DNA from: Leptogorgia sarmentosa
Lineage: Eukaryota
Assembly (NCBI GenBank): GCA_964658305.1
Contig: OZ210885.1
Location: 24,552,001 to 24,616,000, forward strand
Reading direction: 5' to 3'
DNA length: 64,000 nt
Shown here: piece by piece, positions 23,719 to 35,300 of the stretch
Layout: each line of letters starts with the position of its first letter
Numbering within the stretch: the first letter of the stretch is position 1
The notes under the pieces: generated by a model
Told to the model about the DNA's origin: nothing
Database searches by the model: none
What the model saw: the letters and a program-made list of their open reading frames with translations, nothing else
Translations under genes and position numbers: made by a program

Positions 23719-26700
23719 TGTAATGTTATAAAGCAGACATAACTCATATGCTTTAACATTTATTGATGTTCAATCACAGTGTGCTAATCACTAATAAAAT
23801 ATGTGTGGGTGTGCGGGTATTATAAAGTTATTTATGTGGTGTATGGTTACAGCTTACGTCATCGTAGGCTACTACATCCCTCCCCTTTCAGTTAATTGCT
23901 TAATCACTTATAATGAACAGTGGTTATCTATAATGAGGTATATAATTGTCGAAATTAATGTTCTTATTAGAGGTTCATTTGCTAATCATTGAGTAATCTT
24001 AATTCATTAAGCTAATTGGTGGTTACAACATATAGTGTTGTTATATAGATATATTAAGAGTTTTCCTTGTCTTCAATCTGTGGATTGTTCTTGCTTTTCA
24101 TGTTTGTTCTTCAGGCGTTCAGAGCGTCTTGGCTGAGGTTTGATTGATTCAGGTTCTTCCGGTTGTGTGTGTTGGTAGGATTCGATTGTAGTATTCGTTG
24201 TGGTGGAGGTTTCTTGGTTGGGATCATTTGGTAGGGCTCCTTGGTTGAGACCGTTTGGTAGGGATTCGGTTTCGTCATCGGATGGGGAGATCATTTCATC
24301 TTGGTACTCAGTTATTCGTAATGGTTTGAATTTGCTTGCGTCGCGCCAGATTGTTCGATCGTCTTTTTCTCGCTTTGCGATGATTTGGGATCCTTTGACT
24401 TCCGTGATGATGTACACATATGGCTCGTATGGTGTTTGTCCTTTACGCTTGTTCTCGCGTTTCACAACGACTGCATCACCCTGTCTTAGTTGGTGAGTTG
24501 TGGTCTTGCGTTGTTTGTCGTGGTACATCTTGCGCTGGGTTTTGTAGTGTGAGTCGTTCTCTCTAACTCGTTCGTCGTGGGGGCTGGTTGCAGTTGAGAA
24601 GTGGTCTAGCTTGGTTCTAACTTCGCGGTTCATCAATAATTTGTAGGGTGTTTCTTTAGTTGCTGGGTGAGGTGTGCTGCGATAAGCTTGCAACATATCA
24701 TTGACGGCTTCTTCTGGATCTATGTTCTTGTGTCGGGAAATGCTGACGGATTTGTTAATGAGTTTGTTGAAGTTTTCAACTTGGCCTTGGGCTTTTGGGT
24801 GTCGGGGAGTAATTCTTTTATGTTTGAATCTAGAGTTTTCAGCGAATTCAGCGAACGCTTCGGAGTTGAATGGTGGTCCATTGTCACTCTGGAGGGTTTT
24901 GGGAACACCGTGGGTGGAGAAAATCTTCTTTAATTTCTTTCGGGTGACTTCGAATGAGGTTGTTGTGGTAAATTCAACTTCAGGATATCGGGAGTATTGA
25001 TCGGTGAGAACAAAAGCGTACTTTCTGTTGGGGAATGGTCCGCAGAAGTTGACTTCGACTGTTGTCCAGGGTCTTTCTGGTAGTTCGGTCATTTTGGCAG
25101 GTTCCACGTTGTGGCTGTTGGTAGATATCTGGCAGTCGAAGCATTGTTTTATTGACTCTTCAATCTGTAAGTTCATCTTCGGCCACCATCATTTCCTTCG
25201 TTTTGGATAGTCCAAGGTGTCCTTGGTTGTGGGCGATTCTCACTATCTTTGCACAAAGATTCTCGGGTGGAATGATCTTGTCGAGGCGTAGAATGACACG
25301 TTCAGATTCATATAGTTTGCCTTGGATGTTGAGGAAGGGTTTCAGGATTGGATCCTTTTTATCCCAGCCACCAGTCTGCATGGCGTGTTTGAGGTGTTGG
25401 AACTCGGGATCCGATTTAGTTTCTGCGGCTATCGATTGCGTGGTCAGTTTGGGTGACAACTTTTACGTGACTTTCGTGGTCAGTCGATTCATTTTCGGGT
25501 AGTGGGTGTCTTGACATGTAATCAGTAACGTTCATTTTTCCTGGGATATGTATCATCGTAAAGTCCAGGTTTTGCATCTTCATGATGATTCGCTCGATGT
25601 GTGGTGGTAGTTTGGCTTGGGGGTTGTTGAATAGTGGTAGAAGTGGTTTATGGTCAGTGGCAATCTTGAATGGTTTACTACCAACGAGGTACATCTGGAG
25701 ACGTGATGTCGCGAATTCTATGGCCAGTGCTTCTCGCTCGATTTGAGAATATCGGGATTCGGTGTCGGTTAGTGTGCGACTAACATAGTGCACAGGTTGA
25801 TAGCCGTGTTGAGTCTGTTGGAAAAGTCCGCCTCCCAGTCCTGTTGGGCTGCCGTCGCAGATGATGAGTGTGTCTCGCTCTAGATAATATGGTACCAGAA
25901 CCGGTGCAGCAGTGATTGCCTTCTTGAGATCTTCGAATGCGTGTTGGCGGGCTTCTGTCCAGTGGAACTTAGCATGGTTTCTTGTTAGTTGTCGGAGGGG
26001 TTCGCAACGACTGGAGAAATTGATGATGTACCGAGAGAGGTATGCCAGCATCTGGAGGAAGGATATGAGCTCTTCTTTTGTCGTTGGTGGGGTGCATCTC
26101 TGTACTGCAAGGATCTTGTCAGGGCTGGGTTTCAATCCTTCAGGGGTGAACATATGTCCGTGAAAGTTCAGGGTGGATTTCCCGAATTCGCATTTTTCTT
26201 TGCGGAGGGTCAAATTATGGTCTTCAATGCGTTGTAGAACCGCTCTCAAATTGGCGTTGTGGTCATTCCAGTCCAGACCAGCTATCATGATGTCGTCACG
26301 ATTGTTCAATACTCGTGGGATGCCTGAGATAATCTTTGCAATCTCTGCGTCGAAGAGATCCTGACTGTTAAGTCCTACGAAAGCAAGGCGTTACCCCACG
26401 GCGTGGAGTAACGTATGGTACCCATGGTTAAGGTCAAGTTTGCTGAACATTTTACATCCTTTGAATTCTCGGATAAAGTCCTCAGTTATCGGGGCTTGTA
26501 CTTGTCGTGTACGTAGCATGGACTTGTTCACGAGTCGTAGTTCCAAGCAGGCACGGATATCTTGAGGGTTTTTAGGTTTGGGTTGCACGACTAGTGGGGA
26601 ACACCAGGTGATCGCTTCGTGTTGTGGTACTGGTTCGATGATGTCATCAGTTTCGAATTCTTTGAGCTGTATCTTCAGCGATTCAACAAGGTGGTATGGA

Positions 26701-28173
26701 ACTCGGTGTGGTTTTTGGGCAATTGCGGTGGTGTTAGGTTTCATGGGGATCTTAATTCGAATTTCTTGGCCGTTGCGCATCGCTTTACCTATACCAGTGA
26801 ATCGTGTTCGGTATTTCGCTAATATCTCCTCAAGTTCTGTGTTTTTTCTATCGGTGGGATGTTGGTGGGTTTGACGGAGAGATTTTATCTTGTTTGGTTC
26901 TTTTAGTCCTCCCGTTTCGTCGATTAATAACATTCCTAATGCTTCAAGGGTCGTTCGTCCAATAAGCAATGGGGAGTCGATTTTTCCTTTGATGACGATT
27001 AACTTTGTGTGGACAGTTTGTGTGTGGTTTGACATTTCAACAGTTGCTGCTCCGAGTATGGGTAATTCCTCTGATGATTGATGTGGTTGTCAGTGCGTTT
27101 GGCTCGGGGGGTTGAGTCGAATGGCGCCCGAGTATGTGGTGCTTCGTAACGCGATTTCTGTCGATTTTGAGACAATCCTCGTGGGTAAATTGCCTGTTTT
27201 TGGTTGGTTTTTCCACGGCAAATGCGTGCGAAGTGATTCTCCTTGCCGCAGTTATTGCACGTAGCTCCGTGTGCCGGACAACTAGGGTGTTGTTTGGAAT
27301 TTCCGCATCGTCCGCAGGTGTTCTGGTTTGATCTGTGCTCAAATCGCGTTTAGGTAAGCTTTTTCACTCGTTCTTTCTCGGTTTCCTCATTGATTTTCTT
27401 TGAGATGGCTCCAGCTTGCTCCGTGGTTTGTTCGTCAAGTGCTGCTTCAGTTAATATTCTGTTGAGTTCGCAGTTTTCGCGTATTGCTCGGCTTCGTATT
27501 TTGTGGTTTAGCATCGTCTATATCAGGTGATCGCGAATGTGCGCACTATATTCACATTTCTTGGCTGTTTCTCGTACTCTCGCGTACTAGTCAGCTAGAC
27601 GTTCGGATGTATTCTGTTTCAGTTCGTTAAACTGGAATCGAGCGAAATCTTTGTTTTTCTTCAGTATAAAGTGACTGTCTATCTTTCGAATAAGTAGTGT
27701 GTAAGCGTTATCACTGTCTTGGCGTGTTGGATCTGGGAGTGCTTCGTCAATATCGACTAAGTCTTGGCCTTCGTAGATTAACAAGCCATCTTTCTTCGTG
27801 TCTGGGTCGGTAATACCGAAGAATCTGAATTGGCGGTCGAATTCCTTCTTATATCTTTGCCATTGTAGCGCGGTGTCATGGCTGTCGGTTTGTTTCAAGA
27901 ATGGTTTGATCGTTAAATTTCGTTGTATAGCCATCGGTGTATTTGCGCCTGTACTTGAATTGGGTTCTTCGCTAGTGTCAGTCATGCTTCACTGCGCTTA
28001 GTAATCCTCGTTGCCAATGTAATGTTATAAAGCAGACATAACTCATATGCTTTAACATTTATTGATGTTCAATCAGTGTGCTAATCACTAATAAAATATG
28101 TGTGGGTGTGCGGGTATTATAAAGTTATTTATGTGGTGTATGGTTACAGCTTACGTCATCGTAGGCTACTACA
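23719..28173 (-). mobile_element. Ty3/Gypsy LTR retrotransposon (Mag-like), internally decayed
   Basis: LTRs at 23719-23876 and 28018-28173 (158/156 bp, 2-bp indel); 5-bp TSD ACGTA. PBS TGGCAACGAGGAT at 28004-28016 is tRNA-Ser(GCU)-like. PPT AAAGGGGAGGGA is adjacent to 23877. Confidence 0.95.
24073..27985 (-). pseudogene. Gypsy gag-pol remnants (gag, RT, RNase H, integrase) with frameshifts and deletions
   Basis: WCSPLVVQPK, FSKLDLNHGYH, RDDIMI, CDGSPTGLG, YSQIERE, TDHKPL, DQYSRYPEV, SDNGPPFNS, GQVE. Confidence 0.93.
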
Positions 28174-28908
28174 ACGTATAGGTCGGATGCGCCTATACAG
28201 TATTAAACATATATTCGATTTATAAAAATTATAATGTAGCTAAGTTTACGATATGCATGGAAGAGCCTTTGACTTTGCATTCTTGGATGATACAATGTTT
28301 GATATATACACTTCAAAGGAATTCTTGATCATTAATATCTTTCATGAAAGTAAAATGGGATATTTTGCGGGTCGAGGTAGGCCATGTTTACAAATAGTCG
28401 GCCTGCTACCCAATCTTCATAAATTCCACAATTACACGTACAGTAAATCCGTTGGGCTTGAGTAATGAAGAAGCTTGATGCTGACAATTACATATTGCAT
28501 ATTCCACTGTATCCTTTGGTCCGATGTGTATTGTATCATAGCTTGTTTATACATTATGTGTTCCTCGCCAAGCGCCCTTGTTGTCAACCGAAATCTGATC
28601 CAAGTTGTCTTGTTGAATGCAACTTAACACTCATTGTTACACAGGAAGTATTTAATAACAAATATGATTTTTTTAGTTCTTCTATTTGTAATTTCATGTT
28701 GCAAATATTATTAATACTATCGTCCGAATCCAGAACACAAGTTGCAATTAAATAAAGCCAAACCAATTCACTCCCCTACCACTCGTCCCTAAGTATGTTG
28801 TCAATTTAGCACCCGAAATCTGGGTGCCATGTGACCAGCCCCATCCAGGGTCTTTCCTCAGCGGGGAGCGAGAGGATCAAGACCCTGGGAACGAGGTTGT
28901 AGAGCTTG

Positions 28909-30345
28909 CTGATGGAATCACACCCATGTCATGTGTATGTGGCTCTTGTTTGTCATTAATTTTTTTCCTTGGTAGTAGTGAATCCAAACTAAGTTGTCTT
29001 CTCTTTGCACAAGCTGCAGTGAACTGCTGTTTCTTTGGCATGGAAGGCATTACAGGTTGTGGCATTGTTTCGGTGTGGGAAATACATGCAGAAGCGGTCT
29101 GCTGAAGGGTAGCTTTAGCTAACTGTCGTTGTCTTGGCAGTTTAGGCACAAAGTAATGCTAACCAGGTTCAAGGTTGGTAGATAGATGGCACAAAGCAAC
29201 AAAATGATTCTTTCTGTCTGGTATTACCCGGTCTACTAAATAACGTTGAAGCATGGCAACACAACGGAAAATATGAACACATTCATGCACATCACCATCA
29301 ACGTGTTGTCGTGGATTAATTGAACAATTAAACATTTTTGCTAAAGTGTCCCAATTCTGGCTTGTTGCTGAATCATCGGTTACGGGGAAGTAGGAGTGGA
29401 TGGCGCAGCCAATTACTGTTGCTAAGGCAAACATGCACATCATCGACAGGGCATTCGGTATTTGGGCATTCTGTTTTGCTTCTTTCAAAACAGCTGCTAT
29501 TTCACCATTTGTTTCAAAAACAGAGTATGAAGCATTAGACAAGCACATAACAATGTCAAAGGCATTTTTAAGTGAACGCCCCATTTTCAAGTCGTGATTT
29601 AATTAGAGGGTGATTAGCATAATATGAAGCATTTTCGTACATCTCTATGCTGGTGAGACAATGCAATATTGCTGAAAGATTTTCATTTCCAACAAGAGTA
29701 ATGGAGCTGGCATTGTACAGGGTGTCTCAAAAAAAAGGTAATCCAACTTTGGCATGCCATTGTGCGTTAATTACTGGGTGTACGAACGTGATTTTTGCAT
29801 GGTCATAAAGATCAAGGTCTTAGCAGTTGAATGACATATTTCTTGTACGATATGGAAGAAAATCAGGCAAATGCGAGCGTGTTGAAAAATCTCGGTGAAA
29901 AACGCATTCTTTCACCTCTGAGAATTGCAGCTAAAATTATTCAAAATTAACTCCCTCTGGGACTCGAAGATGACGACCTCCCCTTCAACAATCGACCTGA
30001 TTATGCATAATTATTAATAATCCTGATAAAATCTTTGTTACCATGACACATTCGTGATGAATTGCATTTTTCTTTTGTTATGCACTGCTTTAATTAGGCA
30101 CAGAGGTGAAAGAATGCGTTTTTCACCGAGATTTTTCAACACGCTCGCATTTGCCTGATTTTCTTCCATATCGTACAAGAAATATGTCATTCAACTGCTA
30201 AGACCTTGATCTTTATGACCATGCAAAAATCACGTTCGTACACCCAGTAATTAACGCACAATGGCATGCCAAAGTTCGATTACCTTTTTTTTGAGACACC
30301 CTGTATAAGCAATTACCATTAGGCGAGGTACTAAAATGAGTTCGG
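28909..30345 (-). pseudogene. Vertnin-like OTU cysteine-protease domain region, the 5' part of the hAT gene at 20790-21748
   Basis: SPNGNCL|YNASSITLVGNE...TSIEMYENASYYANHP, FALATVIGCAIHSYFP, NHFVAL. It is split by a Tc1 MITE and continues in frame into 21748 across the 9-bp TSD. Confidence 0.7.
29718..30303. mobile_element. Tc1/mariner-type MITE with ~200-bp near-perfect TIRs
   Basis: TA|CAGGGTGTCTCAAAAAAAAGGTAATC...GAGACACCCTG|TA; arms ~29718-29920 and ~30100-30303. Confidence 0.93.
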
Positions 30346-30423
30346 TAGATAATTGATTTGAGGTTGTCAAGTATACATATTATTGCATATTATATAATTA
30401 TACTACGCAGATGTATATATATA

Positions 30424-31242
30424 CTGGGTGGCGCAAAAAAAAAGTACAACGGTTTGATCACTTATAGGTCAGAAACCATAAGCAGTAAAACCGTAAATTG
30501 AGTTTCATTGCATCCAGCGATGTCTAACTTAAATTTTGGTATATTTGACAGGCATTTTCGTCCAAGATTGACTGAGATATGAGAGTTTAAACTTTTGTGA
30601 ACAATTTTCAAACAGTCACAAATTAGCTAAAAACAGCCTATTAAACTGATTTTATAACCGCATCACTATTTTATCATAAGCAGTGTTTTAACAAACGTAG
30701 TTGAAGTGCGAATTTCATCTTCCTTGTAACAGAAATGCTTTCTCGTTTTTGTTTGCTGTTCGGCAACAGAAAAATTAAGCTACAAGACAAGGTTGATTAA
30801 AAGTTTTCTTCTAAATTTTAATTCGACGTCCAAAGGGAATGAACTGAATTCTAAAATGCGAATGTCGCCTTGAATGCTTCTAAGTAATAATTATGCCTCG
30901 TTTAACGAAGGACCAAAGAGTTGGCAAGACGCTTCATTCGTGCCGAGGGACATGCATTTCCTAATGAATAGACGTTTGTTTTACATGATCCGGAACACGG
31001 TACATCTCTTTATACATCGTTAATGATGTATTAATATTTAATAGGCCGTTTTTAGCTAATTTGTGAAGGTTTCAAAACTGTTAACTAACGTTTGAACTCT
31101 CATATCTCAGTCAATCTTGGACGAAAACAAAATTTAAGTTAGACATCGCTGGATGCAATGAAACTCCATTTAGGGTTCTACCGCACATGGTTTTTGTGTT
31201 ATAGGTAATCAAACAGTTGTACTTTTTTTTGCACCACCTATG
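30424..31242. mobile_element. Older Tc1/mariner-type MITE with long diverged TIRs
   Basis: TA-flanked GGTGG(C/T)GCAAAAAAAAAGTACAAC ends; inverted arms ~30424-30645 and ~31035-31242. Confidence 0.75.
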
Positions 31243-31629
31243 TAGAAATAATAAAATAATGTAGAAGAAAATTTCACTACAATTGTGCAACGGAAACATG
31301 CTCAGGGTGTCGATCCAGGTCTCATGGTGTCACCCAGCCAAAAAAGCTGCAATTTCTCGCACTCTGATTGGCTAGACACTCTTGTACGGTGTCGGGACAT
31401 AGCAGACTTGTGTAACATTTCAACCGCGGATCATGTCAACAAGCTATTGCAAAATCGCAGTCTCATTATACGAATATCTGGCGAGGTCAAAGTTGATTGG
31501 GACGACGGATGATGAGTTCGTGCAAGAGGTCTGAAACTAGGCGCATCGACGTCGTCCGCACAGGAAATTTAAGATTTAAAACATTCGCCAAGACGGAGTA
31601 GTTTACAAAACATTATATGATTTTTTATC

Positions 31630-31812
31630 ATGACTATTTTTAAGAAGGCAAGAACGCAATTAATTGATAGCTATTCAAATGATATAATTGATGATGAAGA
31701 GTTCGTGTTGCTCTATGATGCACATTTTTTAAAAAATCCAGAGTTCCCTTACAAAGAATATGAAATATTTGACATGGATGAGATAGACAACATTGAATTT
31801 GAATCCGAGTTT
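31630..31812 (+). pseudogene. N-terminal fragment of a Harbinger-like transposase
   Basis: DDEEFVLLYD..NPEFPY..Y..FD.DE.....EF pattern, recalled from N-termini of DDE_Tnp_4 transposases; truncated. Confidence 0.45.
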
Positions 31813-32345
31813 TGTTGGCGTTTGCAATACGCCAAATTCGCCAAACAAATACGCCAAATTCCTTGATTATCTGTTACGCCAGTGCGCCAAGAGCTGACCT
31901 TTCTTCACTCCGGAGATCTCAGAAGTTTTGTACACGGAATGCACCCTGGAAGAGAATTAGATATGCATAGAATTGATTGAGACAAAATAAATATATTAAT
32001 ACATTAGTAATCAGATTAAATTTTAACTTACTTATTTATTATTTCCTTATTTATTATTTCAGCTACTGAACATTGGAGAACAAATTATTAAGAACTATGT
32101 ACAACAACTATTAACAAATGAATTAATTATATTAATTAGTTATTTAAAACAATATTATCATTGAAGAAATCATTATTAAAACTTAGTTATTATTAAAAAC
32201 AATGTCATGGCACCCATGCCAGTGGTGCACTGAACCTTGCTTCCTCCCATCTTTTTGGGGGCATGCGAATCTTGTATGGCCTTGCTTGCCACATGACCAG
32301 CATAGCATTCCCGTTTAATATTAATGAACAATAAATGTACTGTAC

Positions 32346-35300
32346 TAGTGTGGCAGATAAGCTCTCGTATTATAAGAATTGTGCGTTTTTTGAGAAAAGC
32401 ATGAAATTTCTAACATAGTTAGTGCATACCATAAGCTTTATTTTCAGATGTGGAGGGAAGTCAGGTTTGACCTTGGGGACCGTGTAAGGTCAATCCAAGA
32501 TGGCCGCCATTTCTCATGACGTAATCACACCAACCACGCTAAAATTTGGAGCCAAGCAGTGTAGAAAAACATATTAGGTGTCTTTGTATGATAAAATTAT
32601 GAATAAACGTCCAATTGGTGATACGTTTAAGATCGCGATATGTAGTTTATTAAAAATCAAGGTCAAGCTCAAGGTCAAATTGTTCCAAAACGACTGTGGC
32701 ACCTAATGGTTGGGATGTCATACTAAAGTTTCCTTATGATGCCCATAAATACGGTCGGTGACTCATATGGATCAACGTCAATAATTCAGTATGGTGTCCA
32801 AAATTCATCTTTGCAGCTACATCAGTTGTATATTAAAATTAGGGTGCTTATATCGCAGTTAGTATATAATACCAGTGAATACTTGTCCTGATAACAGGTC
32901 CAGTATTTTTGTTACAAATTTAAAAAAAAAAGGTTTTAATAAGTACACAAATATATTATAAGATATAACCATGTATAAATGTTCCATATTAGCATCCTTG
33001 TAAGCTAAGTTGGCACCGATCAGCGGTCAAGAGTGCAGGCTCAGCCTTATTCTTTCTTGTCTCAAACATGCCGAAGCATCATGTATTGATTGATCCTGCC
33101 CGATCTATTCCATCCAAACGATCCAAGCCAACACCAAGCATCAACTGGGACATTTGTATCCTCTGTAGAGAAGTTCAAAATGAATCTTTACAGTGCCCAC
33201 TTAAATCGACAAAACAGCCTGTTGGTAGTGGCTATACATCATTGGCAGAAGACCTACTCCGATTCCAGACTCTTCAGCATATGCCAATGGACCTGGACTT
33301 GGACCAACTGGATGATGGAAATGGCATAGAAGCCACTTTGCAGGCACACAAGGCGGTGTGGCATAAGAAATGTCGCTTGAAATTCAATAAAAAGTCGTAT
33401 GATGAGCAAAGTCGGAGAGAATCTTGTACAGTACAACAGCCAATTACCTCTACTCTGCATACACGATCTGCTCACACTCATCCAATGAACACAGAGCCTA
33501 CTTGTTTCTTTTGCAACGAGCCGGCTGGTTCTGCAGTGTTACACAATGCATCGACCTACTCAATTGACGTAAATGTACGTAGGATTGCCCTTGAACTCGA
33601 AGACACTGCTTTGCTGGCCAAACTAGCAGCAGGAGACATGATTGCCATTGAAGCCAAATACCATCACGACTGTTTGCGTTCACTGTATAACAGAGCCAGG
33701 AAGGCCGCACCCAAAGGCAATGATGAAGATGATTCTTGCCTGCATGGCATAGCCTTTTCTGAGTTAGTGGCATTCCTCGAAGACAACAACAGTGATGAGG
33801 ACACTGCTCCCGTTTTCAAACTGGTAGACCTAACTGAATTGTACAAGGTGAGATTGGAGCAGCTTGGTGTAACTGTAGAGAAACGGATTCACGCCACCAG
33901 ACTGAAAAATAGACTGCTTACCGCACTTCCTGACCTGAGAGCTTATTCGCAAGGCAGAGACACACTTTTGAGTTTCGAGAAGAACATTGGACCAGCCCTA
34001 ATGATGGCCTGTTCTCATTATAGTGATGCCATGCACTTGATGCGAGCAGCAAAAGTAGTGCACAAAGAAATATTCGACTCGGGTTTCGTGTTTGATGGGA
34101 CGTTCAAGGCAAACTGCCAGGAGGAAGCTGTGCCACCATCCCTTTTGGCTCTGGTCAACATGATACTCGATGGGGCAAACATAAAGGATCAGAATCAGCT
34201 GATCCACACGACCACCACAAAACCTGCCTTAACAATCGCCCAATTGATGGTGTTTAACAGCGTGAAGCATGCACGGAACATGAATGCATCAAGCTCAGCA
34301 CGTCATAGCCGCAGCAGAGAGACTCCAATACCACTCTATCTGTCTCTCAAGATCCACGCAGTTACACGCAGTAGAGGGCTGGTTGACACACTGTTCAAGC
34401 TGGGGCTGTGTGTCTCCTACGACAGGCTGTTACAACTTACATCCGACATTGCCAATGGTGTCTGGCAATGTTTTAGGATGGAAGATGTTGTCTGCCCACC
34501 AAAGTTGCGTCAAGGACTGTTCACAACAGGAGCTGTGGACAACATTGACCACAATCCAAGTTCTGCAACCGCCAAAGATTCTTTCCATGGTACAGGAATC
34601 TCGCTTATGCAACATCCGTCACACACAGATGGTGGAACTGATCATGGTGTACCAGTGATTGGTCCGGGCAGTTCATCAAAGTCAGTGACATCTCTGCCAT
34701 CAGCCTACACAATTGTTCCGCCAGCTGCCTTCAAGACCAAGTGTGCAACTATTCAAGGCCCAGCGAGACCTTCCAACATGCCAGCAGTTGCAGCTGCCAC
34801 AGAAGATGAATATCTATGGCTCAGAAAAGTCAAGACAGCTCTTGAAAAATCCACTGTTGATGGCTGGATATCGTGGTCTGCTTACCATGCTGACATGCAC
34901 CAAGCTGTCATACCACCTCCAGCAATTAATGCACTATTGCCTTTGTTTCTTGACAATGCGCACTCAGTAGCAATGATACGGCACTCCATGGACATTGTCA
35001 AGGCGGCAGTTCAACATTTGAACCCTGGTCAGGTGCCCCTCCTTGCTGCTGACCAACCACTATATGCACTTGCCAAAGAAATCCAGTGGACTTGGCCAGT
35101 CATTCACGGAGAGGATCACTTCTTAATCATGTTTGGTGGTCTACATATCGAGATGGCCATGCTGAAGTTGCTCGGAGACTGGCTGGAAGATAGTGGCTGG
35201 ACAAATGCCCTGGTACAGGCTGACATTGCAAGTGCTGGAACAGCAAATTCCTTCATAAACGCCAGCCATGTCACAAAGACCCGCCATGCACACCAGGTCA

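Larger units (their letters stand above)
21749..28899. mobile_element. Non-autonomous AcademH-type DNA transposon carrying nested insertions
   Basis: ~70-bp TIRs starting CAACCTCGTTCCCAGGGTCTTGATCCTCTCGCT. Perfect 9-bp TSD TAGAGCTTG (21740-21748, 28900-28908). Termini match the AcademH end at 52845-52912. Confidence 0.85.
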
